From Nemertoderma westbladi (taxonomy: Eukaryota > Animalia > Xenacoelomorpha), in NCBI GenBank assembly GCA_032718475.1, contig JAUCBJ010005828.1, positions 1 through 61,590 on the forward strand: a stretch of 61,590 nt of DNA, given 5' to 3'. A program made the translations under genes and the position numbers. The notes under the pieces were generated by a model. It saw nothing but the letters and a program-made list of their open reading frames with translations. It ran no database searches and was not told where the DNA came from. Below, one piece after another: positions 34,901-48,740 of the stretch; position 1 is the stretch's first letter, and each line of letters starts with the position of its first letter.

Positions 34901-37900
34901 TAGCTACACCTCCCTCTCGATGTTTGTGGTGATTTATATGAATAGCTCCACCTCCCTCTCAATGTTTGTGGTGATTTATATGAATAGCTCCACCTCCCTC
35001 TCGATGTTTGTGGTGATTTATATGAATAGCTCCACCTCCCTCTCGATGTTTGTGGTGATTTATATGAATAGCTCCACCTCCCTCTCGATGTTTGTGGTGA
35101 TTTATATGAATAGCTCCACCTCCCTCTCGATGTTTGTGGTGATTTATATGAATAGCTACACCTCCCTCTCGATGTTTGTAGTGATTTATATGAATAGCTA
35201 CACCTCCCTCTCGATGTTTGTGGTGATTTATATGAATAGCTCCACCTCCCTCTCGATGTTTGTGGTGATTTATATGAATAGCTCCACCTCCCTCTCGATG
35301 TTTATGGTGATTTATATGAATAGCTCCACCTCCCTCTCGATGTTTGTGGTGATTTATATGAATAGCTACACCTCCCTCTCGATGTTTGTAGTGATTTATA
35401 TGAATAGCTACACCTCCCTCTCGATGTTTGTGGTGATTTATATGAATAGCTCCACCTCCCTCTCGATGTTTGTGGTGATTTATATGAATAGCTCCACCTC
35501 CCTCTCGATGTTTGTGGTGATTTATATGAATAGCTCCACCTCCCACTCGATGTTTGTGGTGATTTATATGAATAGCTACACCTCCCTCTCGATGTTTGTA
35601 GTGATTTATATGAATAGCTACACCTCCCTCTCGATGTTTGTGGTGATTTATATGAATAGCTCCACCTCCCTCTCGATGTTTGTAGTGATTTATATGAATA
35701 GCTCCACCTGCCTCTCGATGTTTGTGGTGATTTATATGAATAGCTCCACCTCCCTCTCGATGTTTGTAGTGATTTATATGAATAGCTCCACCTCCCTCTC
35801 GATGTTTGTAGTGATTTATATGAATAGCTCCACCTCCCTCTCGATGTTTGTGGTGATTTATATGAATAGCTCCACCTCCCTCTCGATGTTTGTGGTGATT
35901 TATATGAATAGCTCCACCTGCCTCTCGATGTTTGTGGTGATTTATATGAATAGCTCCACCTGCCTCTCAATGTTTGTGGTGATTTATATGAATAGCTCCA
36001 CCTCCCTCTCGATGTTTGTAGTGATTTATATGAATAGCTCCACCTCCCTCTCGATGTTTGTAGTGATTTATATGAATAGCTCCACCTCCCTCTCGATGTT
36101 TGTAGTGATTTATATGAATAGCTCCACCTCCCTCTCGATGTTTGTAGTGATTTATATGAATAGCTCCACCTGCCTCTCGATGTTTGTGGTGATTTATATG
36201 AATAGCTCCACCTGCCTCTCAATGTTTGTGGTGATTTATATGAATAGCTCCACCTCCCTCTCGATGTTTGTAGTGATTTATATGAATAGCTCCACCTCCC
36301 ACTCGATGTTTGTGGTGATTTATATGAATAGCTCCACCTCCCACTCGATGTTTGTGGTGATTTATATGAATAGCTACACCTCCCTCTCGATGTTTGTGGT
36401 GATTTATATGAATAGCTCCACCTGCCTCTCGATGTTTGTGGTGATTTATATGAATAGCTCCACCTCCCTCTCGAAGTTTGTGGTGATTTATATGAATAGC
36501 TCCACCTCCCTCTCGAGGTTTGTGGTGATTTATATGAATAGCTCCACCTCCCTCTCGATGTTTGTAGTGATTTATATGAATAGCTCCACCTCCCTCTCGA
36601 TGTTTGTAGTGATTTATATGAATAGCTCCACCTCCCACTCGATGTTTGTGGTAATTTATATGAATAGCTCCACCTCCCACTCGATGTTTGTGGTGATTTA
36701 TATGAATAGCTACACCTCCCACTCGATGTTTGTGGTGATTTATATGAATAGCTACACCTCCCTCTCGATGTTTGTGGTGATTTATATGAATAGCTCCACC
36801 TGCCTCTCGAAGTTTGTGGTGATTTATATGAATAGCTCCACCTCCCTCTCGATGTTTGTGGTGATTTATATGAATAGCTCCACCTCCCTCTCGATGTTTG
36901 TAGTGATTTATATGAATAGCTCCACCTCCCTCTCGATGTTTGTGGTGATTTATATGAATAGCTCCACCTCCCTCTCGATGTTTGTAGTGATTTATATGAA
37001 TAGCTACACCTCCTTCTCGATGTTTGTAGTGATTTATATGAATAGCTCCACCTCCCTCTCGATGTTTGTGGTGATTTATATGAATAGCTCCACCTGCCTC
37101 TCGATGTTTGTGGTGATTTATATGAATAGCTCCACCTCCCTCTCGATGTTTGTAGTGATTTATATGAATAGCTCCACCTCCCACTCGATGTTTGTGGTGA
37201 TTTATATGAATAGCTCCACCTCCCTCTCGATGTTTGTGGTGATTTATATGAATAGCTCCACCTCCCTCTCGATATTTGTGGTGATTTATATGAATAGCTC
37301 CACCTCCCTCTCGATGTTTGTGGTGATTTATATGAATAGCTCCACCTCCCTCTCGATGTTTGTGGTGATTTATATGAATAGCTCCACCTGCCTCTCGATG
37401 TTTGTGGTGATTTATATGAATAGCTACACCTGCCTCTCGATGTTTGTAGTGATTTATATGAATAGCTCCACCTCCCTCTCGATGTTTGTAGTGATTTATA
37501 TGAATAGCTACACCTCCTTCTCGATGTTTGTAGTGATTTATATGAATAGCTCCACCTCCCTCTCGATGTTTGTGGTGATTTATATGAATAGCTCCACCTC
37601 CCTCTCGATGTTTGTGGTGATTTATATGAATAGCTCCACCTCCCTCTCGATGTTTGTGGTGATTTATATGAATAGCTCCACCTGCCTCTCGATATTTGTG
37701 GTGATTTATATGAATAGCTACACCTCCCTCTCGATGTTTGTAGTGATTTATATGAATAGCTCCACCTCCCTCTCGATGTTTGTGGTGATTTATATGAATA
37801 GCTACACCTCCCTCTCGATGTTTGTGGTGATTTATATGAATAGCTCCACCTGCCTCTCGATGTTTGTGGTGATTTATATGAATAGCTCCACCTGCCTCTC

Positions 37901-40900
37901 GATGTTTGTGGTGATTTATATGAATAGCTCCACCTCCCTCTCGATGTTTGTAGTGATTTATATGAATAGCTCCATCTCCCTCTCGATGTTTGTAGTGATT
38001 TATATGAATAGCTCCACCTTCCTCTCGATGTTTGTAGTGATTTATATGAATAGCTACACCTCCTTCTCGATGTTTGTAGTGATTTATATGAATAGCTCCA
38101 CCTCCCTCTCGATGTTTGTAGTGATTTATATGAATAGCTCCACCTCCCTCTCGATGTTTGTGGTGATTTATATGAATAGTTCCACCTCCCTCTCGAAGTT
38201 TGTGGTGATTTATATGAATAGCTCCACCTCCCTCTCGATGTTTGTGGTGATTTATATGAATAGCTCCACCTCCCTCTCGATGTTTGTGGTGATTTATATG
38301 AATAGCTCCACCTCCCTCTCGATGTTTGTAGTGATTTATATGAATAGCTACACCTCCCTCTCGATGTTTGTAGTGATTTATATGAATAGCTCCACCTCCC
38401 TCTCGATGTTTGTGGTGATTTATATGAATAGCTCCACCTCCCACTCGATGTTTGTGGTGATTTATATGAATAGCTCCACCTCCCTCTCGATGTTTGTAGT
38501 GATTTATATGAATAGCTCCACCTCCCTCTCGATGTTTGTGGTGATTTATATGAATAGCTCCACCTCCCTCTCGATGTTTGTAGTGATTTATATGAATAGC
38601 TCCACCTCCCTCTCGATGTTTGTTGTGATTTATATGAATAGCTCCACCTCCCTCTCGATGTTTGTGGTGATTTATATGAATAGCTCCACCTCCCTCTCAA
38701 TGTTTGTGGTGATTTATATGAATAGCTACACCTCCCTCTCGATGTTTGTAGTGATTTATATGAATAGCTCCACCTCCCTCTCGATGTTTGTGGTGATTTA
38801 TATGAACAGCTCCACCTCCCTCTCGATGTTTGTAGTGATTTATATGAATAGCTCCACCTCCCTCTCGATGTTTGTGGTGATTTATATGAATAGCTCCACC
38901 TCCCTCTCGATGTTTGTAGTGATTTATATGAATAGCTACACCTCCCTCTCGATGTTTGTAGTGATTTATAAGAATAGCTCCACCTCCCTCTCGATGTTTG
39001 TAGTGATTTATATGAATAGCTCCACCTCCCTCTCGATGTTTGTGGTGATTTATATGAATAGCTCCACCTCCCTCTCGATGTTTGTAGTGATTTATATGAA
39101 TAGCTCCACCTCCCACTCGATGTTTGTGGTGATTTATATGAATAGCTCCACCTCCCACTCGATGTTTGTGGTGATTTATATGAATAGCTCCACCTCCCTC
39201 TCGATGTTTGTGGTGATTTATATGAATAGCTCCACCTCCCTCTCGATGTTTGTGGTGATTTATATGAATAGCTCCACCTCCCTCTCGATGTTTGTGGTGA
39301 TTTATATGAATAGCTCCACCTCCCTCTCGATGTTTGTGGTGATTTATATGAATAGTTCCACCTCCCTCTCGAAGTTTGTGGTGATTTATATGAATAGCTC
39401 CACCTCCCTCTCGATGTTTGTGGTGATTTATATGAATAGCTCCACCTCCCTCTCGATGTTTGTGGTGATTTATATGAATAGCTCCACCTCCCTCTCGATG
39501 TTTGTGGTGATTTATATGAATAGCTCCACCTCCCTCTCGATGTTTGTAGTGATTTATATGAATAGCTACACCTCCCTCTCGATGTTTGTAGTGATTTATA
39601 TGAATAGCTCCACCTCCCTCTCGATGTTTGTGGTGATTTATATGAATAGCTCCACCTCCCACTCGATGTTTGTGGTGATTTATATGAATAGCTCCACCTC
39701 CCTCTCGATGTTTGTAGTGATTTATATGAATAGCTCCACCTCCCTCTCGATGTTTGTGGTGATTTATATGAATAGCTCCACCTCCCTCTCGATGTTTGTA
39801 GTGATTTATATGAATAGCTCCACCTCCCTCTCGATGTTTGTTGTGATTTATATGAATAGCTCCACCTCCCTCTCGATGTTTGTGGTGATTTATATGAATA
39901 GCTCCACCTCCCTCTCAATGTTTGTGGTGATTTATATGAATAGCTACACCTCCCTCTCGATGTTTGTAGTGATTTATATGAATAGCTCCACCTCCCTCTC
40001 GATGTTTGTGGTGATTTATATGAACAGCTCCACCTCCCTCTCGATGTTTGTAGTGATTTATATGAATAGCTCCACCTCCCTCTCGATGTTTGTGGTGATT
40101 TATATGAATAGCTCCACCTCCCTCTCGATGTTTGTAGTGATTTATATGAATAGCTACACCTCCCTCTCGATGTTTGTAGTGATTTATATGAATAGCTCCA
40201 CCTCCCTCTCGATGTTTGTGGTGATTTATATGAATAGCTCCACCTCCCTCTCGATGTTTGTAGTGATTTATATGAATAGCTCCACCTCCCTCTCGATGTT
40301 TGTGGTGATTTATATGAATAGCTCCACCTGCCTCTCGATGTTTGTGGTGATTTATATGAATAGTTACACCTCCCTCTCGATGTTTGTAGTGATTTATATG
40401 AATAGCTCCACCTCCCTCTCGATGTTTGTAGTGATTTATATGAATAGCTCCACCTCCCTCTCGATGTTTGTAGTGATTTATATGAATAGCTCCACCTGCC
40501 TCTCGATGTTTGTAGTGATTTATATGAATAGCTCCACCTCCCTCTCGATGTTTGTAGTGATTTATATGAATAGCTCCACCTCCCTCTCGATGTTTGTGGT
40601 GATTTATATGAATAGCTCCACCTCCCTCTCGATGTTTGTGGTGATTTATATGAATAGCTCCACCTCCCTCTCGATGTTTGTGGTGATTTATATGAATAGC
40701 TCCACCTCCCTCTCGATGTTTGTAGTGATTTATATGAATAGCTCCACCTCCCTCTCGATGTTTGTAGTGATTTATATGAATAGCTCCACCTCCCTCTCGA
40801 TGTTTGTAGTGATTTATATGAATAGCTACACCTCCCTCTCGATGTTTGTAGTGATTTATATGAATAGCTCCACCTCCCTCTCGATGTTTGTAGTGATTTA

Positions 40901-43900
40901 TATGAATAGCTCCACCTCCCTCTCGATGTTTGTGGTGATTTATATGAATAGCTCCACCTCCCTCTCGAAGTTTGTGGTGATTTATATGAATAGCTCCACC
41001 TCCCTCTCGATGTTTGTGGTGATTTATATGAATAGCTCCACCTCCCTCTCGATGTTTGTGGTGATTTATATGAATAGCTCCACCTCCCTCTCGATGTTTG
41101 TAGTGATTTATATGAATAGCTCCACCTCCCTCTCGATGTTTGTAGTGATTTATATGAATAGCTCCACCTCCCTCTCGATGTTTGTGGTGATTTATATGAA
41201 TAGCTCCACCTCCCTCTCGATGTTTGTGGTGATTTATATGAATAGCTCCACCTCCCTCTCGATGTTTGTAGTGATTTATATGAATAGCTCCACCTCCCTC
41301 TCGATGTTTGTGGTGATTTATATGAATAGCTCCACCTCCCTCTCGATGTTTGTAGTGATTTATATGAATAGCTCCACCTCCCTCTCGATGTTTGTGGTGA
41401 TTTATATGAATAGCTCCACCTCCCTCTCGATGTTTGTGGTGATTTATATGAATAGCTCCACCTCCCTCTCGATGTTTGTGGTGATTTATATGAATAGCTA
41501 CACCTCCCTCTCGATGTTTGTAGTGATTTATATGAATAGCTCCACCTCCCTCTCGATGTTTGTGGTGATTTATATGAATAGCTCCACCTCCCTCTCGATG
41601 TTTGTAGTGATTTATATGAATAGCTCCACCTCCCTCTCGATGTTTGTGGTGATTTATATGAATAGCTCCACCTCCCTCTCGATGTTTGTAGTGATTTATA
41701 TGAATAGCTCCACCTCCCTCTCGATGTTTGTGGTGATTTATATGAATAGCTCCACCTCCCTCTCGATGTTTGTGGTGATTTATATGAATAGCTCCACCTC
41801 CCTCTCGATGTTTGTGGTGATTTATATGAATAGCTCCACCTCCCTCTCGATGTTTGTAGTGATTTATATGAATAGCTCCACCTCCCTCTCGATGTTTGTG
41901 GTGATTTATATGAATAGCTCCACCTCCCTCTCGATGTTTGTAGTGATTTATATGAATAGCTACACCTCCTTCTCGATGTTTGTAGTGATTTATATGAATA
42001 GCTCCACCTCCCTCTCGATGTTTGTGGTGATTTATATGAATAGCTCCACCTCCCTCTCGATGTTTGTGGTGATTTATATGAATAGCTCCACCTCCCTCTC
42101 GATGTTTGTGGTGATTTATATGAATAGCTCCACCTCCCTCTCGATGTTTGTGGTGATTTATATGAATAGCTCCACCTCCCTCTCGATGTTTGTGGTGATT
42201 TATATGAATAGCTCCACCTCCCTCTCGATGTTTGTGGTGATTTATATGAATAGCTCCACCTCCCTCTCGATGTTTGTAGTGATTTATATGAATAGCTACA
42301 CCTCCCTCTCGATGTTTGTAGTGATTTATATGAATAGCTCCACCTCCCTCTCGATGTTTGTGGTGATTTATATGAATAGCTCCACCTCCCACTCGATGTT
42401 TGTGGTGATTTATATGAATAGCTCCACCTCCCTCTCGATGTTTGTAGTGATTTATATGAATAGCTCCACCTCCCTCTCGATGTTTGTGGTGATTTATATG
42501 AATAGCTCCACCTCCCTCTCGATGTTTGTAGTGATTTATATGAATAGCTCCACCTCCCTCTCGATGTTTGTTGTGATTTATATGAATAGCTCCACCTCCC
42601 TCTCGATGTTTGTGGTGATTTATATGAATAGCTCCACCTCCCTCTCAATGTTTGTGGTGATTTATATGAATAGCTACACCTCCCTCTCGATGTTTGTAGT
42701 GATTTATATGAATAGCTCCACCTCCCTCTCGATGTTTGTGGTGATTTATATGAACAGCTCCACCTCCCTCTCGATGTTTGTAGTGATTTATATGAATAGC
42801 TCCACCTCCCTCTCGATGTTTGTGGTGATTTATATGAATAGCTCCACCTCCCTCTCGATGTTTGTAGTGATTTATATGAATAGCTACACCTCCCTCTCGA
42901 TGTTTGTAGTGATTTATATGAATAGCTCCACCTCCCTCTCGATGTTTGTGGTGATTTATATGAATAGCTCCACCTCCCTCTCGATGTTTGTAGTGATTTA
43001 TATGAATAGCTCCACCTCCCTCTCGATGTTTGTGGTGATTTATATGAATAGCTCCACCTGCCTCTCGATGTTTGTGGTGATTTATATGAATAGTTACACC
43101 TCCCTCTCGATGTTTGTAGTGATTTATATGAATAGCTCCACCTCCCTCTCGATGTTTGTAGTGATTTATATGAATAGCTCCACCTCCCTCTCGATGTTTG
43201 TAGTGATTTATATGAATAGCTCCACCTGCCTCTCGATGTTTGTAGTGATTTATATGAATAGCTCCACCTCCCTCTCGATGTTTGTAGTGATTTATATGAA
43301 TAGCTCCACCTCCCTCTCGATGTTTGTGGTGATTTATATGAATAGCTCCACCTCCCTCTCGATGTTTGTAGTGATTTATATGAATAGCTCCACCTCCCTC
43401 TCGATGTTTGTAGTGATTTATATGAATAGCTCCACCTCCCACTCGATGTTTGTGGTAATTTATATGAATAGCTCCACCTCCCACTCGATGTTTGTGGTGA
43501 TTTATATGAATAGCTACACCTCCCTCTCGATGTTTGTGGTGATTTATATGAATAGCTCCACCTCCCTCTCGATGTTTGTGGTGATTTATATGAATAGCTC
43601 CACCTCCCTCTCGATGTTTGTGGTGATTTATATGAATAGCTCCACCTCCCTCTCGATGTTTGTGGTGATTTATATGAATAGCTCCACCTGCCTCTCGAAG
43701 TTTGTGGTGATTTATATGAATAGCTCCACCTCCCTCTCGATGTTTGTGGTGATTTATATGAATAGCTCCACCTCCCTCTCGATGTTTGTAGTGATTTATA
43801 TGAATAGCTCCACCTCCCTCTCGATGTTTGTGGTGATTTATATGAATAGCTCCACCTCCCTCTCGATGTTTGTAGTGATTTATATGAATAGCTACACCTC

Positions 43901-45813
43901 CTTCTCGATGTTTGTAGTGATTTATATGAATAGCTCCACCTCCCTCTCGAGGTTTCGTGGTGATTTATATGAATAGCTCCACCTCCCTCTCGATGTTTGT
44001 AGTGATTTATATGAATAGCTACACCTCCTTCTCGATGTTTGTAGTGATTTATATGAATAGCTCCACCTCCCTCTCGAGGTTTGTGGTGATTTATATGAAT
44101 AGCTCCACCTCCCTCTCGATGTTTGTGGTGATTTATATGAGTAGCTCCACCTCCCTCTCGATGTTTGTGGTGATTTATATGAATAGCTCCACCTCCCTCT
44201 CGATGTTTGTGGTGATTTATATGAATAGCTCCACCTGCCTCTCGAGGTTTGTGGTGATTTATATGAATAGCTCCACCTGCCTCTCGAAGTTTGTGGTGAT
44301 TTATATGAATAGCTCCACCTCCCTCTCGATGTTTGTGGTGATTTATATGAATAGCTCCACCTCCCTCTCGATGTTTGTGGTGATTTATATGAATAGCTCC
44401 ACCTGCCTCTCGATGTTTGTAGTGATTTATATGAATAGCTCCACCTCCCTCTCGATGTTTGTGGTGATTTATATGAATAGCTCCACCTCCCTCTCGATGT
44501 TTGTAGTGATTTATATGAATAGCTACACCTCCTTCTCGATGTTTGTAGTGATTTATATGAATAGCTCCACCTCCCTCTCGAGGTTTCGTGGTGATTTATA
44601 TGAATAGCTCCACCTCCCTCTCGATGTTTGTAGTGATTTATATGAATAGCTACACCTCCTTCTCGATGTTTGTAGTGATTTATATGAATAGCTCCACCTC
44701 CCTCTCGAGGTTTGTGGTGATTTATATGAATAGCTCCACCTCCCTCTCGATGTTTGTGGTGATTTATATGAGTAGCTCCACCTCCCTCTCGATGTTTGTG
44801 GTGATTTATATGAATAGCTCCACCTCCCTCTCGATGTTTGTGGTGATTTATATGAATAGCTCCACCTGCCTCTCGAGGTTTGTGGTGATTTATATGAATA
44901 GCTCCACCTGCCTCTCGAAGTTTGTGGTGATTTATATGAATAGCTCCACCTCCCTCTCGATGTTTGTGGTGATTTATATGAATAGCTCCACCTTCCTCTC
45001 GATGTTTGTGGTGATTTATATGAATAGCTCCACCTGCCTCTCGAGGTTTGTGGTGATTTATATGAATAGCTCCACCTGCCTCTCGAAGTTTGTGGTGATT
45101 TATATGAATAGCTCCACCTCTCTCTCGATGTTTGTGGTGATTTATATGAATAGCTCCACCTGCCTCTCGAAGTTTGTGGTGATTTATATGAATAGCTCCA
45201 CCTCCCTCTCGATGTTTGTGGTGATTTATATGAGTAGCTCCACCTCCCTCTCGATGTTTGTGGTGATTTATATGAATAGCTCCACCTCCCTCTCGATGTT
45301 TGTGGTGATTTATATGAATAGCTCCACCTGCCTCTCGAGGTTTGTGGTGATTTATATGAATAGCTCCACCTGCCTCTCGAAGTTTGTGGTGATTTATATG
45401 AATAGCTCCACCTCCCTCTCGATGTTTGTGGTGATTTATATGAATAGCTCCACCTCCCTCTCGATGTTTGTGGTGATTTATATGAATAGCTCCACCTCCC
45501 TCTCGATGTTTGTAGTGATTTATATGAATAGCTACACCTCCCTCTCGATGTTTGTAGTGATTTATATGAATAGCTCCACCTCCCTCTCGATGTTTGTGGT
45601 GATTTATATGAATAGCTCCACCTCCCACTCGATGTTTGTGGTGATTTATATGAATAGCTCCACCTCCCTCTCGATGTTTGTAGTGATTTATATGAATAGC
45701 TCCACCTCCCTCTCGATGTTTGTGGTGATTTATAAGAATAGCTCCACCTCCCTCTCGATGTTTGTGGTGATTTATATGAATAGCTCCACCTCCCACTCGA
45801 TGTTTGTGGTGAT
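31908..45813. repeat. 42-bp satellite, about 331 copies, 13.9 kb, intronic in the GPCR gene
   Basis: Unit atttatatgaatagctccacctccctctcgatgtttgtggtg; highly homogeneous; only two 1-bp insertions (about 43956 and 44587). Confidence 0.99.
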
Positions 45814-46389
45814 GGACTCTTAACACAATCTAAATTCGTCCCTCTCCAGAAGAAAAGCGATGCAAACAACAGCTGATTGTTTTCTCACAAAAATAAAACT
45901 GTAACATGTTCTATTGTGTTTAGTTTAATGTTTTGGTTAGAACACCATCTCATTATAACGTGCCCCTTTTCCTGAATTGATAATTATCAAGGAAATTGTT
46001 AATTAATTAATAATTGATAATTAACTTAGATAATTAATTACTTAATTAACGTAGTAGGAGTTAATCAGCTTCGTCTTAACTATGTTAATAGTTAAGTAAT
46101 AAGTGTATAAAGGGCAATGTCCCAGTACCAGAACTAGTGCTTTAAGCATTTACTTCCCGAATTGTAAATCCTTCGAAACTGATACTTTCTTTTTTGAAGG
46201 TATTAAAAATTGGAATGCTCTTCCCAATGAAGTTTAGGGTATTTGTTATTATTTACATAATGTATAAATAAAGCTATTTATCTATCTAATTAACATTGTT
46301 AATTCGCCACGCTGTTTGTTTGCGTCACGTCCCATCTCTCTATCTTCAGGTTTCTAGAATAATGGGATAGTACTACTGTACATCTTGGC

Positions 46390-47101
46390 ATCAGACGAAA
46401 ACCGGTGAAAATAAGGGAAAACAGTTGGAATGTAGGGAAAACAGATTTAAACAGTTAGATCGTTTAAAAATAACCATCCATCTCAAAAATTAAACTGTAA
46501 CCTGCACTATTAGTGTTTAGTTTATTGTTTGGTTGAAATAACGTACAACTGTCAGCTGCTCCTTTCCCTAAATTGTTAATTTAACATTGAGGCGGGATAT
46601 TAATTCGCCAAGGCAGTGTTTGCATCCAGTTTAACCCCCTGTCTCTCCATTCAACAATGTGGAATAAATATTCAACTTAACTAGGTGTTATTATAATCCA
46701 AACCGGATGTTTTACTGAAATTTTTAAACGGTCCCTTTTTAGCCTTTATAATTGTGTAAATAAATCTAATAATTATTTGATCTCGTGCATAAGTAATAAT
46801 TGTCGTAAAATAAAAAACGAAAAAAAAATAAAATTCTGCCTCACCCACGGAGGAGGAGGGGGGTCGAACTATCTCTGTTTCAAGTTTTATACAATCTCAT
46901 TATATAAAATTTGTAGAAAAATTTGAGGGGGGAGGGGGGGGGGGGGGGGGGGGGTTATTTGAATATCGACACTGTGTTCCAGGACATGGTGTATAAAAGT
47001 AATCAATAATCAGGTTGCTTGGATGGCTATTATAAAATGATCTAACTCGTTTTCGTCTGTTTTCCCTACATTTCAAGTGGTTTTCCTTGTTTTCGACTGA
47101 T
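46390..47101. mobile_element. Degraded TIR element with nested MITE-A half and other repeats
   Basis: atcagacgaaaac...aatgtagggaaaacaga versus tctgttttccctacatt...gttttcgactgat; the internal 46781-46860 segment recurs at 48035-48117. Confidence 0.45.
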
Positions 47102-48129
47102 AGTGTCTGTTGTTACGTCACGATCTAATACTATCCAGATTAATTGACGCGTGACAAATATTAATAAAGTAATAAATTGGCATGCGTTCTGATTTCTCTT
47201 CCCCAGTTGATACGCAGTAATTAATTACTTTATACAATGGTTGTGAGCCCCACAGAAGGCAAAGTGCAGTTACACCAGGAAAGGGTTCTCTAGCCCAACT
47301 ATAAGAAATATCTGCCAACCAGCAGATCAGTAATATCCTGCCTGATATCCCGCTTTGGTCGCATCAATACGTTTTCGCCATATTCTTAGGGTTTCTTGAA
47401 AATATGAATTCATCATTTACGCATTTATGATGGTGACTAGCGTAATTAAATACCATAATAAAAATAATTGAAAAATTCCGTATAGCCTATGTATCTATGA
47501 ATATTACACACTATGGATCAAATTAGACAAAAATTATTATATATATATCAGTGTTAACAAATAGTCCTTCGAAGATACGAGTATAAAATTACGAGTAATA
47601 CAAAGATGATCTTATTATATACGGATACTAGAGAGATATAAATTTAGAGAAAAAATAGAGAGAGCAGAGAGAGAGGGAAATAAATAGAGCACAAATATTA
47701 GATAATTAAGTTAATTAAGTTAATTATTATATATGAAAGGCACGAATATAATAGGAAGATCCAAGTATTTTTTGATGTAATATTAGAGGGGCCAATTATT
47801 CAATACAGACATATTGTATTGTATATGTTAACACATACAAATATTAATAACATGATTAATTGAAAAGCTGTGACAATAGACAAGGGGAATTGTTTTGTTC
47901 CAGAACGGACGAGATAAAAGGAGAAAGATAACAAGCGAAAACAAGGGCAAAATACTTGGAAGATAGCGAAATCAGACGAAAACAGGTAGATCGTTTTGGA
48001 ATAACCACCGCAATAAATGCTTAATTTTTTTTCATCTCGTGCATAAGTAATAATTGTCGTAAAATAAAAAACGAAAAAAAAAAAAAAATTCTGCCTCATC
48101 CAGGAAGGAGGAGGGTGGTGAAAGATTAC

Positions 48130-48740
48130 AAAGGACGAGATAAAGGAGCAAGAGAACAAGTTCTGATGACGTTCTCTGAACTCGTTGTTAAAGATCCTAT
48201 AAGATTTGTATCGGGAGATGGTGAGCTTTCATAGGATTTCTTCCTTCTAGGATTTACAAAGTTTCGATTTATGGGCTTCTTTCGATTTGAGAATATGCAG
48301 AAGTAGGGATTCCTGGTCTTCCTAATAGTCTGAAAGTACCTCCTTTGCAAGTTCGTCAGGGAGCCCTAGTTCCAAATATATGAGTTCGTTTGGGGTCGAT
48401 TACTTTACACCAATCATGGTTTTTAGACTTTTTGGATACAGCTTTTCTAGAGAAGAGATATTTCCAGTTAGCCATCTTTCTTCATATATACTGTAATTAA
48501 AAAAAAAAACTTTCTCAGTTACAGAACTCCATTGACTAGACCGACAGACACGCATCAAGCACAGCTTCTTTTCCCCGCAAAAGAGTATTTTCGTTTTCTT
48601 TGAGGAAAGCATATAATTTAGCGAAGTGGTGGTTACGCTTCTTTATGAAAAGGGCTATCATGTGTCGTTGCTTTTTCCAGAAGATGAAATTATTGATCCC
48701 AGCCAAATAAGTTTCATATGACACTTTAGGAACACCTGTG
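48130..48740 (-). mobile_element. Highly decayed RTEX-like LINE fragment
   Basis: HFAKLYAFLKENEN...KEAVLDACL parallels the KFHAFLYKH segment of the 5740-6560 element. Confidence 0.45.

Noticed and set aside
31887-43976. 4029-aa ORF, and the overlapping 2448-aa and His-rich ORFs, as real protein genes
   Set aside because: They arise from a 42-bp unit lacking stops; there is no unique domain, signal peptide or convincing splice context, and the array lies in a GPCR intron. Kept only as a testable curiosity.
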